DNA from: a virus
Lineage: Duplodnaviria; Caudoviricetes
Length of the DNA stretch: 64,000 bases
Strand: one strand, 5' to 3'
IMG/VR virus record: IMGVR_UViG_3300023283_000017
Span: 3,370 to 67,369 of that record
The translations under genes were made by a program, and so were the position numbers. Of the stretch, positions 45,430-54,721 are shown piece by piece (position 1 is the stretch's first letter; each line of letters begins with the position of its first letter). The notes under the pieces were generated by a model that made no database searches, was not told where the DNA came from, and worked only from the letters and a program-made list of their open reading frames with translations.

Positions 45430-45763
45430 CCTTAGGCTGCTTCTTCCTCATGGCTTCGATGTAGGCCACATCGCAGATTTGCACGTAGTAGAGCAGATCT
45501 TCTCGGTCTTCGATGCGGTCGAACCCCATGAGTTCGGCGTAAGCTAGCACCTCAGAAACCGGGATCGCTCCGAGTCCTTCAGTAAACACACTACGCGAAG
45601 TGCTCAGGTGGTGAAAAGCATAGAGGTAGGTACTTGCGTGAAGTGTTGGGGTAGGACGCGATTGCAGTGCTTTCGGCGTCTCACCCCGAGCTGTCATCTT
45701 CTGGAGAGTGGCGACCTTGTCACCCCACTCCACTTGCCACTTCACGCAGTCGCGGAGTTTCCC
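45377..45763 (-). CDS. Tail assembly chaperone GT extension, reached by -1 frameshift
   Basis: Slippery G GGA AAC at 45763-45757; the -1 frame reads KLRDCVKWQVEWG into track ORF 45377..45745. Confidence 0.75.
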   Translation of the reverse strand, partial: GKLRDCVKWQVEWGDKVATLQKMTARGETPKALQSRPTPTLHASTYLYAFHHLSTSRSVFTEGLGAIPVSEVLAYAELMGFDRIEDREDLLYYVQICDVAYIEAMRKKQPKDGPGKHSTRRGRFSTGR

Positions 45764-46149
45764 GAGGTCTTCTCCCGCTGCTCAGCCTTGAAGTTCGCGA
45801 TCTTGCGTGCCTCGGCGATGACGCGGTCACGCAGCCACTTGATCTCAGTGACGAGGCGAAGCGCGTTCTCGTAGGAGTACGAGAGCTCCTCCTCATCGTC
45901 ATAGACGTTCTTCCAGTCCAGGATGATGTGCTGCGCCATGAGGCGCACCATGATGTCTTCCTGGTCGTCCTCGGGTACTTCGCGGCCGAGATCGGTGTAG
46001 GGCTTCGTCTCACGACGGAACGCCTCGACGAACTCGGGGTTCTCGAGAGACGCGATCTTGAACGCGGCGCCTGCACCGAAGTCGACCCAGACCCCGTGGA
46101 TCTGCTTGTCTTCGTCGGTGCGGAAGTCGTTGATGTTGAACTTGGTCAT
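45742..46149 (-). CDS. Tail assembly chaperone (G)
   Basis: Between tail tube and tape measure; GVWVDF, IILDWKNV. Confidence 0.85.
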   Translation of the reverse strand: MTKFNINDFRTDEDKQIHGVWVDFGAGAAFKIASLENPEFVEAFRRETKPYTDLGREVPEDDQEDIMVRLMAQHIILDWKNVYDDEEELSYSYENALRLVTEIKWLRDRVIAEARKIANFKAEQREKTSGNSATA

Positions 46150-46173
46150 GATGTTCTCCTAGTCGGGTTAGGT

Positions 46174-46202
46174 GGGAGGAGGTGACCCGACCACCTCCTC
46201 CC
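46174..46202 (-). terminator. 11-bp stem-loop after the major tail gene
   Basis: GGGAGGAGGTG / CACCTCCTCCC; no U-tract. Confidence 0.5.
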
Positions 46203-46223
46203 TGCAGTGCGCACTACGTCGGG

Positions 46224-47429
46224 TTATGCGGCGAGACGGCTCACTTGGTACTGGTAGGTGCCGGTCGAGTCGATGAGCCCTTCGAACTCGGCAGAAGCAA
46301 AGATGTCCTGATCGCTGCCACCGGCGACGATCTCCATCTGGGTGTACTTCGCGCGCGGGATCGTGACGACGTAGACGTTGCCGTCGGCGTCCTTCGCTAG
46401 GAAGGACAGCGAGAACGTGGTAGCTGCACGGAACTTGTCGAACAGAGCCGAGTTCTCGAAGTAGAGCTCGATGCTGCCAGTGAGAGACAGGCGACCCGCC
46501 TCGACACCGACGAACCCGAGTTGCCCGACGGCTTCCTGACCACGGAGCTGGTTGTCGAGGCTGACCGACAGCTCGTTGAAGAAGAAGGTGCTGTTGCCGG
46601 GATCACCGTCGAAGACGATGGACGCGATGTTGTCGACTGCGTTGAGCACCTTGTTGGTGTTCGCGCTGTTGACCGTCGCGCCAGAGAACTGCGACTCGCC
46701 CATCTGCGCGTCCTTCGCGAGCACAGAGAACGTGGTCGTCAGGATCGACCCGGTGGACAACTCGAGCTCCCACGTCGCGATGCGCGCGCCCGTGAAATTC
46801 CAGAATTCCGGCGTCGCAAGGTCGGTAAACGCCTTCTGGATCGTGAAGGACTTCTTGGTCGTCCCATTCTGGACGTACTCGAGCGGCGTGAGAGTGATGG
46901 AGTCGCCAGCGCTTTCGGTTGCGAAGTCGGTCATGGGCAGGACGGTGATCTTCGATGCGGAGTCGATGGACTCGATCTGCGCGTAGAAGGTTCCGGCCGT
47001 GGTGAAGCCTTCGACCTTGAGAAATTGGCCGACGCTCCAGGATTGCGCTGTGAAGTCGGTGCTAGTCGACTCGATTTCGTAAACGTTCGGCGTCCCGGCC
47101 GTTTTCGTGAGCGAGATGTCGGTGGCCGCGGACACGGTCGTTCCGGTCGTGACCCAGTCTGAGAACATGGCTCCCGCGATGAACGAGTCGAAGGTTCCGT
47201 AGGACCATTCCGCGTTGATTTCCCCACCCGCAGACGAGGACACCTGAATGGTGTCTGCCGTCATACGGTCCGCGCGGATCTCATCGGACGTCGTAAAGTC
47301 GGCGTTGTAGTTCAGGGATTCCGACGTGAACCGAACGGGCTCAAGCGTCGGCGTGGACGGCGTGGCGCCCCAAGTCGTCTCTTCGACCTGACGGACCGCC
47401 ACCCGATTGGAAGTGCCAAACTCAGGCAT
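46224..47429 (-). CDS. Major tail tube protein
   Basis: EETTWGATP, VRFTSESL, SDEIRADR, LTGSIELYF; position in the tail module. Confidence 0.88.
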   Translation of the reverse strand: MPEFGTSNRVAVRQVEETTWGATPSTPTLEPVRFTSESLNYNADFTTSDEIRADRMTADTIQVSSSAGGEINAEWSYGTFDSFIAGAMFSDWVTTGTTVSAATDISLTKTAGTPNVYEIESTSTDFTAQSWSVGQFLKVEGFTTAGTFYAQIESIDSASKITVLPMTDFATESAGDSITLTPLEYVQNGTTKKSFTIQKAFTDLATPEFWNFTGARIATWELELSTGSILTTTFSVLAKDAQMGESQFSGATVNSANTNKVLNAVDNIASIVFDGDPGNSTFFFNELSVSLDNQLRGQEAVGQLGFVGVEAGRLSLTGSIELYFENSALFDKFRAATTFSLSFLAKDADGNVYVVTIPRAKYTQMEIVAGGSDQDIFASAEFEGLIDSTGTYQYQVSRLAA

Positions 47430-47447
47430 TTCAGCTCTCCTTGCTTC

Positions 47448-47858
47448 CTAGGTGAAGTCGTCGAACCTGAAGGGCGCAACGACGTTGACTTGGTACCATT
47501 TGTCTTCCACACCAACCTGCCGAGCATACGGAGGCACCAAGAACCGCACGCCCGAACTTGCATCGCTCCAAGACCGGAATACCGCTTTCGCGGTATCAGC
47601 GAGCTCGAGAGCTTTACCTTCTCCAGTGCCCGACGGCGTGAAGATCTGCACCGTGACCTGACCTTGGTTGCGCTCGACATTGTTTCCAGGATCGCCGAAC
47701 GACGCCCAACTAGCGGACGCGTCTTCTACGGTCAGGCGCACCCAAGGTGTTTCACGAGGCTGCTTGAAAGCGACGTTCGGGTACTGGACGTCTGTCAGAG
47801 CGCCCCATTCGTCGCTGAAGCGTTGCCGGATGGCTTTATGCGCGTCGGCGAAGCTCAT
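47448..47858 (-). CDS. Tail terminator protein
   Basis: VQYPNVAF...PWVRL...GQVTVQIFTPSGTG; synteny. Confidence 0.75.
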   Translation of the reverse strand: MSFADAHKAIRQRFSDEWGALTDVQYPNVAFKQPRETPWVRLTVEDASASWASFGDPGNNVERNQGQVTVQIFTPSGTGEGKALELADTAKAVFRSWSDASSGVRFLVPPYARQVGVEDKWYQVNVVAPFRFDDFT

Positions 47859-48271
47859 CGCGTGATGCTCCCGCCAAACTGCGCGGCAACAGCGTTCAGG
47901 TTCAGGTCAACCATGCCTTGAGGCGCTTGCTGCGACGACCCATTCTCAAGCGGTAGGATGTAGGGCAGGTTGTTGGTGAACCAGACGACAGAGCCGTATT
48001 TCGCACCTGCAACCACCGAGTTCAAGCGACCAGAGGCTTCGGCTCCGGTTTTATCCGCGGCGTCCAAGTCGATCTCGTTTGACGGTGTGTTGATTGAGGG
48101 AAACCAGTTACCGCGAGCTCGACCGGTGTCGACCGGCGTTCCTAGAACGATCCGGGTATCCAAGTCGAGTGTGATCTTTCGGAAGATCAGCTCGGCTTGC
48201 TCACGCGTCACGTCGCCGAACTTGCGCAAGTCGATGGCGAATTCTCGTGCTGACTTACCTCTAGGCATCAC
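47855..48271 (-). CDS. HK97 gp10-like neck/tail completion protein
   Basis: TPVDTGRARGNW, NNLPY...LENG.S.QAP.GM. Confidence 0.82.
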   Translation of the reverse strand: MMPRGKSAREFAIDLRKFGDVTREQAELIFRKITLDLDTRIVLGTPVDTGRARGNWFPSINTPSNEIDLDAADKTGAEASGRLNSVVAGAKYGSVVWFTNNLPYILPLENGSSQQAPQGMVDLNLNAVAAQFGGSITR

Positions 48272-48657
48272 TGCACCGCCATCTTGTAGACGAGAGCGAC
48301 GCCTGCAGGTGCGACCGGATTGATAGCCAGGATCCTGTACTCGTTACCTCCCACCACCACGAAGTTGTCAACCGCGGGGGTGACGTCTGCAGCAGCAAGG
48401 TTCTTGGCTTCGAGCAAGAACACGGCGTTGGTCGACGCGAGCACTTCCTCCGAGAACTCGCGCGCCTTGCTTCGCACGCTGGTTTTGATGGGTAGGTCCA
48501 GCAGCTTCACCGCGGTGTCGGTAGGCGTTCCTTGCGTCGTCTTGCCGGTTTCGTTGTCATAAGTCTCCGCGGCATACACGCGGTAGATGCCCGACTGGCC
48601 GAACTCGTCAATCAACGGTGCCACTGTGTCGTCGCGCAGGTCAGTGTAGAAGGTCAT
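48268..48657 (-). CDS. Head closure (stopper) protein
   Basis: Size, synteny and beta-rich C-terminus (EYRILAINPVAPAGVALVY). Confidence 0.65.
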   Translation of the reverse strand: MTFYTDLRDDTVAPLIDEFGQSGIYRVYAAETYDNETGKTTQGTPTDTAVKLLDLPIKTSVRSKAREFSEEVLASTNAVFLLEAKNLAAADVTPAVDNFVVVGGNEYRILAINPVAPAGVALVYKMAVQ

Positions 48658-49142
48658 GCTCGTGACAGACCTCCGGTTTTAGAGCGGATCAGCGGCGATA
48701 GCAGCTCGATGACGTGCGACGCGATGTCTCCGCCTTGCAAGCGCCGCTTTGTATCGAACTCGAGCTCGACAGCGCCTTCCACTTTCTGACGCTTGATCGC
48801 AGCATTGCTGTCGGTCAAGACGCCCTCTACATCGAAGGTGCCTTGACGGATCAAGTCGGCGACGATGGCGGTGGCTTCTTCAACCTGCCAGGGGATCGAC
48901 TCGTCGTCGAGCTGAAACTCCTCGACGTAGGCGTACTTTCGCGGCCACTTGAGGCGCTGCGCTGCGGTTGCTTTGTCGCCGATGTAGGACCACTTTCGGT
49001 CGACGTAGTCGGTGGCTTTCCGGATGTAGACTTCACGGTCGGAACTCGTCTCAGCCGCCCACGCGGTGTTACCGCGAGCGCTGTGGTAAGCGTTCACGGT
49101 GGCGAGATCAACATAAGCATCTGTTCCGACGGTTAGGGCCAC
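48654..49142 (-). CDS. Head-tail adaptor (DnaT-like family)
   Basis: AYVDLA...YHSARG, ATDYVD, Q.L.WPR. Confidence 0.75.
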   Translation of the reverse strand: MALTVGTDAYVDLATVNAYHSARGNTAWAAETSSDREVYIRKATDYVDRKWSYIGDKATAAQRLKWPRKYAYVEEFQLDDESIPWQVEEATAIVADLIRQGTFDVEGVLTDSNAAIKRQKVEGAVELEFDTKRRLQGGDIASHVIELLSPLIRSKTGGLSRA

Positions 49143-49213
49143 GCGCGCAAGCCTCCTGTTTGCGGGATCCTAACCAGTGGCTCGTATCACCGCAACCCGA
49201 GATGGCTTGACGA

Positions 49214-49226
49214 ATAACTTAGTTAT
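49214..49226. promoter_or_regulatory. Operator ATAACTTAGTTAT inside the late operon
   Basis: Exact copy; intergenic between the A1-like gene and the adaptor gene. Confidence 0.7.
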
Positions 49227-49234
49227 TGGAATTC

Positions 49235-50878
49235 TTAGGTGCCGGCCCGCCACTTTCCATTGTAGCAAGTGACGATGGCTCGCTTGCCGTTCGCGTAGGT
49301 AACGACGAAGGAGTGAGACCACGCAGAAGGCCCCTTGTTGTACTCAAGACGCAGCTTCGTGAAGGTGCCTGCGACGTAGAGACCATCCACGATCTTTGCC
49401 GCGTGAGTGTGCCCCGTGTTGGCTTTGCGTCCCATCTTAGACAGGTTCAGGGGCGAGCCTCGCGACCCGTTCGGCCCGAGGTGACCGTGCATACCGCATT
49501 CTATGCCGCCAGAGCCGTCGTCACACAGGACAAATGAGTCATCAGGGCCCAGGAACAAGACGTCTCTAGATAGCCCCTCACGCCTCAGCGCTTCGCGCAT
49601 GACGTGGTGCGTATCGTCGCCTTCCTGTATCGCGCGATACTTGTCGAGCTGGCATTCCAGGAAGAAAATGGCGTTCTGAGGATCGCACCGGTAGTCGCTT
49701 TCGCGAAGCCATCGTTCCAAGGCGTTGTCGTGGTTCGAGTCGACCACAACCGTGGTGCACCACGGCCTCGAGATATCTTCGAGAAGGAGTTTCACTCGAC
49801 GTATCTCAGCGCGCACGTCGTCCTGACGTTGCTGCCACCGTTTAAACATCTGGTGTGGGTCATCGCGCTCGTGGTGGTTGCGAGAGCGGAAGTCGAGCAC
49901 ATCATGCGCGAATTGGTGGCGAGGTTGCAGCGTGTCGAGAATGCCGCCCTTCGAGAATGCGAGGTCGTAGATCTCTTGGTCGATGACCTCGCAGTGAAGG
50001 TCGCCCCAGTTGACTCCTTCAACGCTGCCTTCTTGGATTTCGCCTTCAGCAACGCAAACGACTCCTTGCGGGGTCACATCGTAGAAAGACCCATCGTTGT
50101 TCGCGTTCAGTTGCCGAACGAACCAGTCACCATCGTGGTCGATCTCGACGATGACAGCCCCGTAGGAGTGGTGAAATTCAGCTTGCAGACCGGACTTCTT
50201 CTGGATGTAGTTCATCAGCGTTGCTGTGCCGGTCGTGTAATTGAACTTCGCGCCGTCTTCAGCCGTCCCAGGGATGCTCTCAAGGGCAAAGCGAGCGTGA
50301 GGGAAAATCGCGGAGCTGCGCCCTGCGTATGTCTCGAAACCCGACAGAGGGCGCTTCGCGGTCGGGAGGATGTTTACCTCACCACAGAACATGAGCATGG
50401 GGGCGAGCTCGAGACGGTCGTCGCAGACGAAGTCGTCGAAGACGGGGTCGAACCACAGCTCTTCGGTGTCGTCCTCGTTCGGACCTTTCTCGGGCTTGAC
50501 GGCTTTCGCGCCGTAGGACGAGCGGTTGTAGGAGTAGCGAGACACCTTCAAGTCGGCGCCAACGTGGTCGGCGTATGTGACGAGGTTCTCAAAGAACGGA
50601 ACGTGAGCGTCAGTGTTGTTCTGGATCGAGGTCAAGATGTAGCGCTTCACACTGCCTTTCTTAGGCAGCGGCATCTTGACCGTCTGGTAAGCGTGCACTT
50701 TGCCGCCAGAGATGGGCTTGTCATACTTCAAGCCGAGCTCGCGGGACGCGCGCTCAAGTCGGTATTTCACTGCGCCGCGGCTGATGCCTAGCTCTCGAGC
50801 CGTCGCGCGCATTGATCCCCGGAACCTGCTGTAGGTCTCAAACACAAGCTCCGGGGCCAAGTCGAGCTTCTTCGCCAT
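49235..50878 (-). CDS. T5 A1-like metallophosphoesterase/nuclease with an N-terminal HTH
   Basis: GDLH, HD, SNHD, MHGH, GHTH calcineurin-like motifs; C-terminal YNKGPSAWSHS...YANGKR; N-terminal MRATARELGISRGAV. Confidence 0.7.
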   Translation of the reverse strand: MAKKLDLAPELVFETYSRFRGSMRATARELGISRGAVKYRLERASRELGLKYDKPISGGKVHAYQTVKMPLPKKGSVKRYILTSIQNNTDAHVPFFENLVTYADHVGADLKVSRYSYNRSSYGAKAVKPEKGPNEDDTEELWFDPVFDDFVCDDRLELAPMLMFCGEVNILPTAKRPLSGFETYAGRSSAIFPHARFALESIPGTAEDGAKFNYTTGTATLMNYIQKKSGLQAEFHHSYGAVIVEIDHDGDWFVRQLNANNDGSFYDVTPQGVVCVAEGEIQEGSVEGVNWGDLHCEVIDQEIYDLAFSKGGILDTLQPRHQFAHDVLDFRSRNHHERDDPHQMFKRWQQRQDDVRAEIRRVKLLLEDISRPWCTTVVVDSNHDNALERWLRESDYRCDPQNAIFFLECQLDKYRAIQEGDDTHHVMREALRREGLSRDVLFLGPDDSFVLCDDGSGGIECGMHGHLGPNGSRGSPLNLSKMGRKANTGHTHAAKIVDGLYVAGTFTKLRLEYNKGPSAWSHSFVVTYANGKRAIVTCYNGKWRAGT

Positions 50879-50882
50879 TAGG

Positions 50883-51152
50883 TCAGCTCGTGACCATCGT
50901 CTTGAACCCGATCCACAACGCCGCAGCACAGCCAGAAATGAGGAGGGCCAACATCGTGAGCACGCCGCGTGTCCGAAACGTTGCAACAGCCATCCGCCAT
51001 TCTCGCAGGTGCTGAAAGTCCTTCTGCATTTCAATCGGGTCGTCTGAGTCGACACCTATCTTCAGGAAGGCGTCCTGCACGGCTTCTTGCATCAGGGTGC
51101 GAAGCTCGCCGCGAGTTAGATGAATGGCTCGGTTGTCGTCTGGATCACGCAT
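50883..51152 (-). CDS. Small membrane protein, possible holin
   Basis: Single C-terminal TM; KDFQHLREWR motif. Confidence 0.5.
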   Translation of the reverse strand: MRDPDDNRAIHLTRGELRTLMQEAVQDAFLKIGVDSDDPIEMQKDFQHLREWRMAVATFRTRGVLTMLALLISGCAAALWIGFKTMVTS

Positions 51153-51207
51153 AAGCGGCTCCCGTTGCTATTTGAGGAGCGCGATTTTGCACGCCCGAGG
51201 TCGTCGA

Positions 51208-51456
51208 TTACTGGCTGGCTGCGCCCTTCTTGACCTGAGCGGGGTCGGCGCCGGCCTGCTTCGCGGTGTCCAGCGAGCGCTGCTTCTTTTCGTGATCCTG
51301 CTTCGCGGCCTCGACCTGGCGCTCTGCTTCGGCGGCCTCGGCCTTGCGCTCGTCGTAGATCGCAAGCGACGGGTTTGCCGCGATCTGGTCGGCATCGGCG
51401 TAGCCGATGAACTTTCCGTTCTTGGTCACGGGAAAGGTGTTGAGATTCTTCGCCAT
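51208..51456 (-). CDS. 82-aa protein after the capsid gene
   Basis: AACGGAG RBS before MAKNLN. Confidence 0.6.
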   Translation of the reverse strand: MAKNLNTFPVTKNGKFIGYADADQIAANPSLAIYDERKAEAAEAERQVEAAKQDHEKKQRSLDTAKQAGADPAQVKKGAASQ

Positions 51457-51491
51457 GGAGGTACTCCGTTTTGGGTTGGTGAAGACGTTGG

Positions 51492-51517
51492 AGGCGAGGC
51501 TCCTAGGAGCCTCGCCT
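51492..51517. terminator. Perfect 26-bp palindrome after the capsid gene
   Basis: AGGCGAGGCTCCT|AGGAGCCTCGCCT. Confidence 0.6.
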
Positions 51518-51526
51518 TTCAGGTTG

Positions 51527-52756
51527 TTACACCGGTGCGACCGTGGTCGCGCGCTTGACGGCGACACCGAGCATCGGGTCGAGGACCTGCGTGCCGTAGA
51601 GCGCGTCCAGGGCAACGAAGTTCGAACCCGTGCCACCCTCGTACCACATACGAGCGCGGACGGACAGCCCGGACACCGGATCGGTGACGGTCGCCATTTC
51701 GGCGCCGCGGCCGTCGCCCGTCATAGGCAGCGGTGCAAACGCGAGAGCGAACGCATTGCGATGGAACATGAGGTTCCGGAGGTGAGTCGACTCCTCGATG
51801 CTGTCGAGCAGGTTGAACGTGATGACCGCGTCATTCTCTGTGTTTCGACGCAGTGCCGGATAGAACGTGATCGAACCCGCACCGGTCGAGAGCGTCGTGT
51901 TCTGCGTCAGCGTGTAGACCGTCGGGTCGCCGCCGATGGAGAACGTATCACCGATGGACAGGGTCTGGGACCCGGTCATGCCGTCGATTGCCATGGTCGA
52001 CGTGTTCGCGCTGTAGCCACCCGTGTTGTTGACAGCACCGACGACATCGCCGGATCCGTCGGACTTAGTCGCGGTCGAGTCGAGAGCCGCCACTTCCTCG
52101 TCGGCGTTCTGCGAGGCGAAGACCTCGACGCCGAAGCGCTGGCCGAGCGAGCCGTTCATGAGAGCTTGCTCGTTCTCGCCTTGGCCGGTGATCCGCGCCT
52201 CGTGGAAGATGCCCAGGTCGAGGAACGCGGCTTCCATGCCGGCGTCGACCAGGTAGTGGATCATCCCGCTGTCCATTGGGACCTCGTTGTTCCGCAGAAC
52301 CTTGCGAGGACCGGTGATGAAGGACGAGTTCACGGTGCCCGAGACGAAGGACTTAGGGCCGACGCGGGCGCCGAGCGCGTGAAGGTCCTGGTCGATCTTG
52401 TCCGCAAGCGCGTAGGCGGCGGGCGTGATGTGATCATTGATGATCTGGGTGGTCGTGTAAGCCAGCTCCCGGTCGGTGAGCTTGTACTTGACCTCCTGAT
52501 GGTTGTTCAGCGTGATCGCGACGTTCTCGCCGACCACGTCCTGAGCGCTGGTGCCGGTGCCCGCGACGTGCTCTTGCGCCGAGAACTTGGTCGGGCGCTT
52601 GAGATTGATCACGTCGCCCTTCTGGTTGCCGGCGCCGTCACGTTCCTGCTCTGCGCCGCGGTGAACGCGGCCGGCCATGCCCAGCGCTTTCCAGAGCTGC
52701 ATGAGGGCCTCTTGAGCGTAGAACTCCGGGTTGTAGTTCCCAAGAGTGTTTGCCAT
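51527..52756 (-). CDS. Major capsid protein (P22-coat-like)
   Basis: 409 aa; GDVINLKRP, FHRNAFALA, LDALYG; follows the scaffold gene. Confidence 0.9.
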   Translation of the reverse strand: MANTLGNYNPEFYAQEALMQLWKALGMAGRVHRGAEQERDGAGNQKGDVINLKRPTKFSAQEHVAGTGTSAQDVVGENVAITLNNHQEVKYKLTDRELAYTTTQIINDHITPAAYALADKIDQDLHALGARVGPKSFVSGTVNSSFITGPRKVLRNNEVPMDSGMIHYLVDAGMEAAFLDLGIFHEARITGQGENEQALMNGSLGQRFGVEVFASQNADEEVAALDSTATKSDGSGDVVGAVNNTGGYSANTSTMAIDGMTGSQTLSIGDTFSIGGDPTVYTLTQNTTLSTGAGSITFYPALRRNTENDAVITFNLLDSIEESTHLRNLMFHRNAFALAFAPLPMTGDGRGAEMATVTDPVSGLSVRARMWYEGGTGSNFVALDALYGTQVLDPMLGVAVKRATTVAPV

Positions 52757-52840
52757 CTGTCGGTTCCTTTCCTTCGACTGACGTTGCGCGTGAACGCGAT
52801 TCCGAGTTTGGTGTCGCGCTCAACGCGCGACGGTTCGAGG

Positions 52841-53626
52841 TCAGCCCACGATCTGCAAATTGACGCCGGCCTTGTCGGCGGCTTCCTTCGCCTTCCGATA
52901 AGTCTGGACGTCCCGTGCTTGCTCGCGGGTGATGCTGTGGCTGCCGCCACGACCGTTGCCGCCCCCAGCACCGCCGCCACTCGGAGCAGGGAACCAGTGT
53001 GGCGCCTTCTCCTTCATGTCGGCCAGCCACTCGGCGGGCGTCATCGGGTTCTTGCCGTCCTTGCCGTAGACCGTCGATCCATCTTCGTCCTGAGCGACGA
53101 GGTTGCCCTTGTTATCAATCGTGAACACGCCCATGGCGCGGGTTAGAGCATCCTCGACGGCGGAAGGCACGAGACCCAGCTCACTTGCGGCCTGACGGAG
53201 ACTCCCCTCGACCTTGAGCTGCTTGACTTGGGTTTGCGCTTGCTCGAGCTTTTGGTCGCGCTCCTGGATCTGACCCTGAGCTTGCTCGAGGCGCTTCTCG
53301 TAGTCGGTCTTGAGCTTGCTGGTGCGCCGCTCGATGACCTCGTCTGTCTTGCCTTCGGCGAGGAGCTTCGTCTCCTCGTCGTTCTCCATGCGCTGCATGA
53401 TGTTGCGCACAGCTTCCGGGTCGAGCCCTTCCCACTGCTTGCTCACTTCATCCAGCTTCGTCTGGAGGTCCTTCTTTTCCTTGAGGATCTCGTCCTTGTT
53501 CGCAGCGAGCCCGGAGGTGGCCTCCTTGACGGCTTGCTCGATAAGGGGTTTCACCTTCGGATCATCCGGGGTGAGGTCTGTGCCGGCACCGCCGCCGGCG
53601 TTCGGATCGTTCGGTTCTTCGGGCAT
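52841..53626 (-). CDS. Capsid scaffolding protein
   Basis: Coiled coil; GLAANKDEILKEKK, APHWFPAPSGGGAGG. Confidence 0.85.
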   Translation of the reverse strand: MPEEPNDPNAGGGAGTDLTPDDPKVKPLIEQAVKEATSGLAANKDEILKEKKDLQTKLDEVSKQWEGLDPEAVRNIMQRMENDEETKLLAEGKTDEVIERRTSKLKTDYEKRLEQAQGQIQERDQKLEQAQTQVKQLKVEGSLRQAASELGLVPSAVEDALTRAMGVFTIDNKGNLVAQDEDGSTVYGKDGKNPMTPAEWLADMKEKAPHWFPAPSGGGAGGGNGRGGSHSITREQARDVQTYRKAKEAADKAGVNLQIVG

Positions 53627-53745
53627 GATAGCTCCTTAACACTAGCCTCTGGCTTTCGGTTGACCACTCTCGAGGCCCTCGAGGTTACGGTCACTGAGAC
53701 CCTAGTGGGTGTCGCTGCGAGGTGCAAGCAGAACCTAGCAGGTGT

Positions 53746-53802
53746 ATAAGCGAGTTATCCGAAAAAGAAGGTGTTGACAACCACGTGCACCTCGTGTAGT
53801 GT
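53746..53802 (+). promoter_or_regulatory. Operator ATAAGCGAGTTAT (53746-53758) and promoter TTGACA-N17-TAGTGT (53774-53802)
   Basis: Consensus -35; would drive the plus-strand island. Confidence 0.8.
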
Positions 53803-53835
53803 GTAAACATCAACAGCACGCAACGGAGCATCGCC

Positions 53836-54345
53836 ATGACCAACTTCTCGACCATCAAAGCCGCTTTCGACCCGATCCGCGCGGAAGCCAAGCAGTGCTT
53901 CATCGACCGCGTTAACTCGAAGATCGACGCGCTGCGCGACGACGAGGGCACGATCCGCCGCTACCACTTCAAGGACTACTCGAAGCACGCGCTCGCGTCG
54001 CGGTTCATCACCTGGGAAGACAATCGCATGGCGCCTGGCGCGGCGGGTGTCGTCAACAGCGAGTGGCTCGAGAAGAACGCCCAGCAGTTCGCGGACGACC
54101 AAGTCGAGTCGTTCATCGCCAAGCTCGAGGGCAAGATCGGTCACCTCACCGACGTTTCGCTCCAGATGCTCGGCAACGCGGCCTTCACGATCCGCGGCAT
54201 GCACGGCGACGAGCAAGTCACGGTCGAGCAGCAGGTCGTCTTCAAGACGTCGTCGAAAGGCACCTTCTTCCTGCAGTGGCCCGCCCGGATCTACGTCAAC
54301 GGCAAGTTCACCTCGGAAAAGGAGTTCAAGCAGAACTACTCGTGA
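53836..54345 (+). CDS. Hypothetical protein in a plus-strand island, probably early
   Basis: AACGGAG RBS; host-type promoter upstream; strong coding bias. Confidence 0.75.
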   Translation: MTNFSTIKAAFDPIRAEAKQCFIDRVNSKIDALRDDEGTIRRYHFKDYSKHALASRFITWEDNRMAPGAAGVVNSEWLEKNAQQFADDQVESFIAKLEGKIGHLTDVSLQMLGNAAFTIRGMHGDEQVTVEQQVVFKTSSKGTFFLQWPARIYVNGKFTSEKEFKQNYS

Positions 54346-54394
54346 TCAACCCGGGCGCGTCGCGAGGCGCGCCCACCACCAACGGAGACTTACT

Positions 54395-54655
54395 ATGCAC
54401 ATGACTCGTCCCCGCTGGGTCGTTGACGCCCAGCCCCCGCTCACCATGAAGCAGCGCGAGGCCACGACGCGCGAAGCACGGATTGAGCGTTTGCGGCTGA
54501 TCCGCGAGGCCTGCAAGACGGCCGGTATTAAGACCAGGACCTATTTCAACACTGAGCAAGCGGCTCGGGAGTACGCGGAACGGGTCGTCGCACCCATGAT
54601 CGACCGCCTTGGCGAAGAGCCTTATGTCGGTGAGTCAACCGGCCTGAGCTTCTGA
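54395..54655 (+). CDS. Hypothetical protein (86 aa) in the plus-strand island
   Basis: AACGGAG RBS before MHMTRP. Confidence 0.7.
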   Translation: MHMTRPRWVVDAQPPLTMKQREATTREARIERLRLIREACKTAGIKTRTYFNTEQAAREYAERVVAPMIDRLGEEPYVGESTGLSF

Positions 54656-54721
54656 TAGCACCTCGATCACTCAAGTGAGGCCGGACGCCAAGGTGTTCCG
54701 GCCCCACCCGCGCCTCCAACG

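Noticed and set aside
51407-53146. Long plus-strand ORFs (for example 51407-53146, 49604-50791, 43736-45043, 32663-33694, 29003-29977)
   Set aside because: Antisense shadows of well-supported minus-strand genes in GC-rich DNA, with no motifs or RBS
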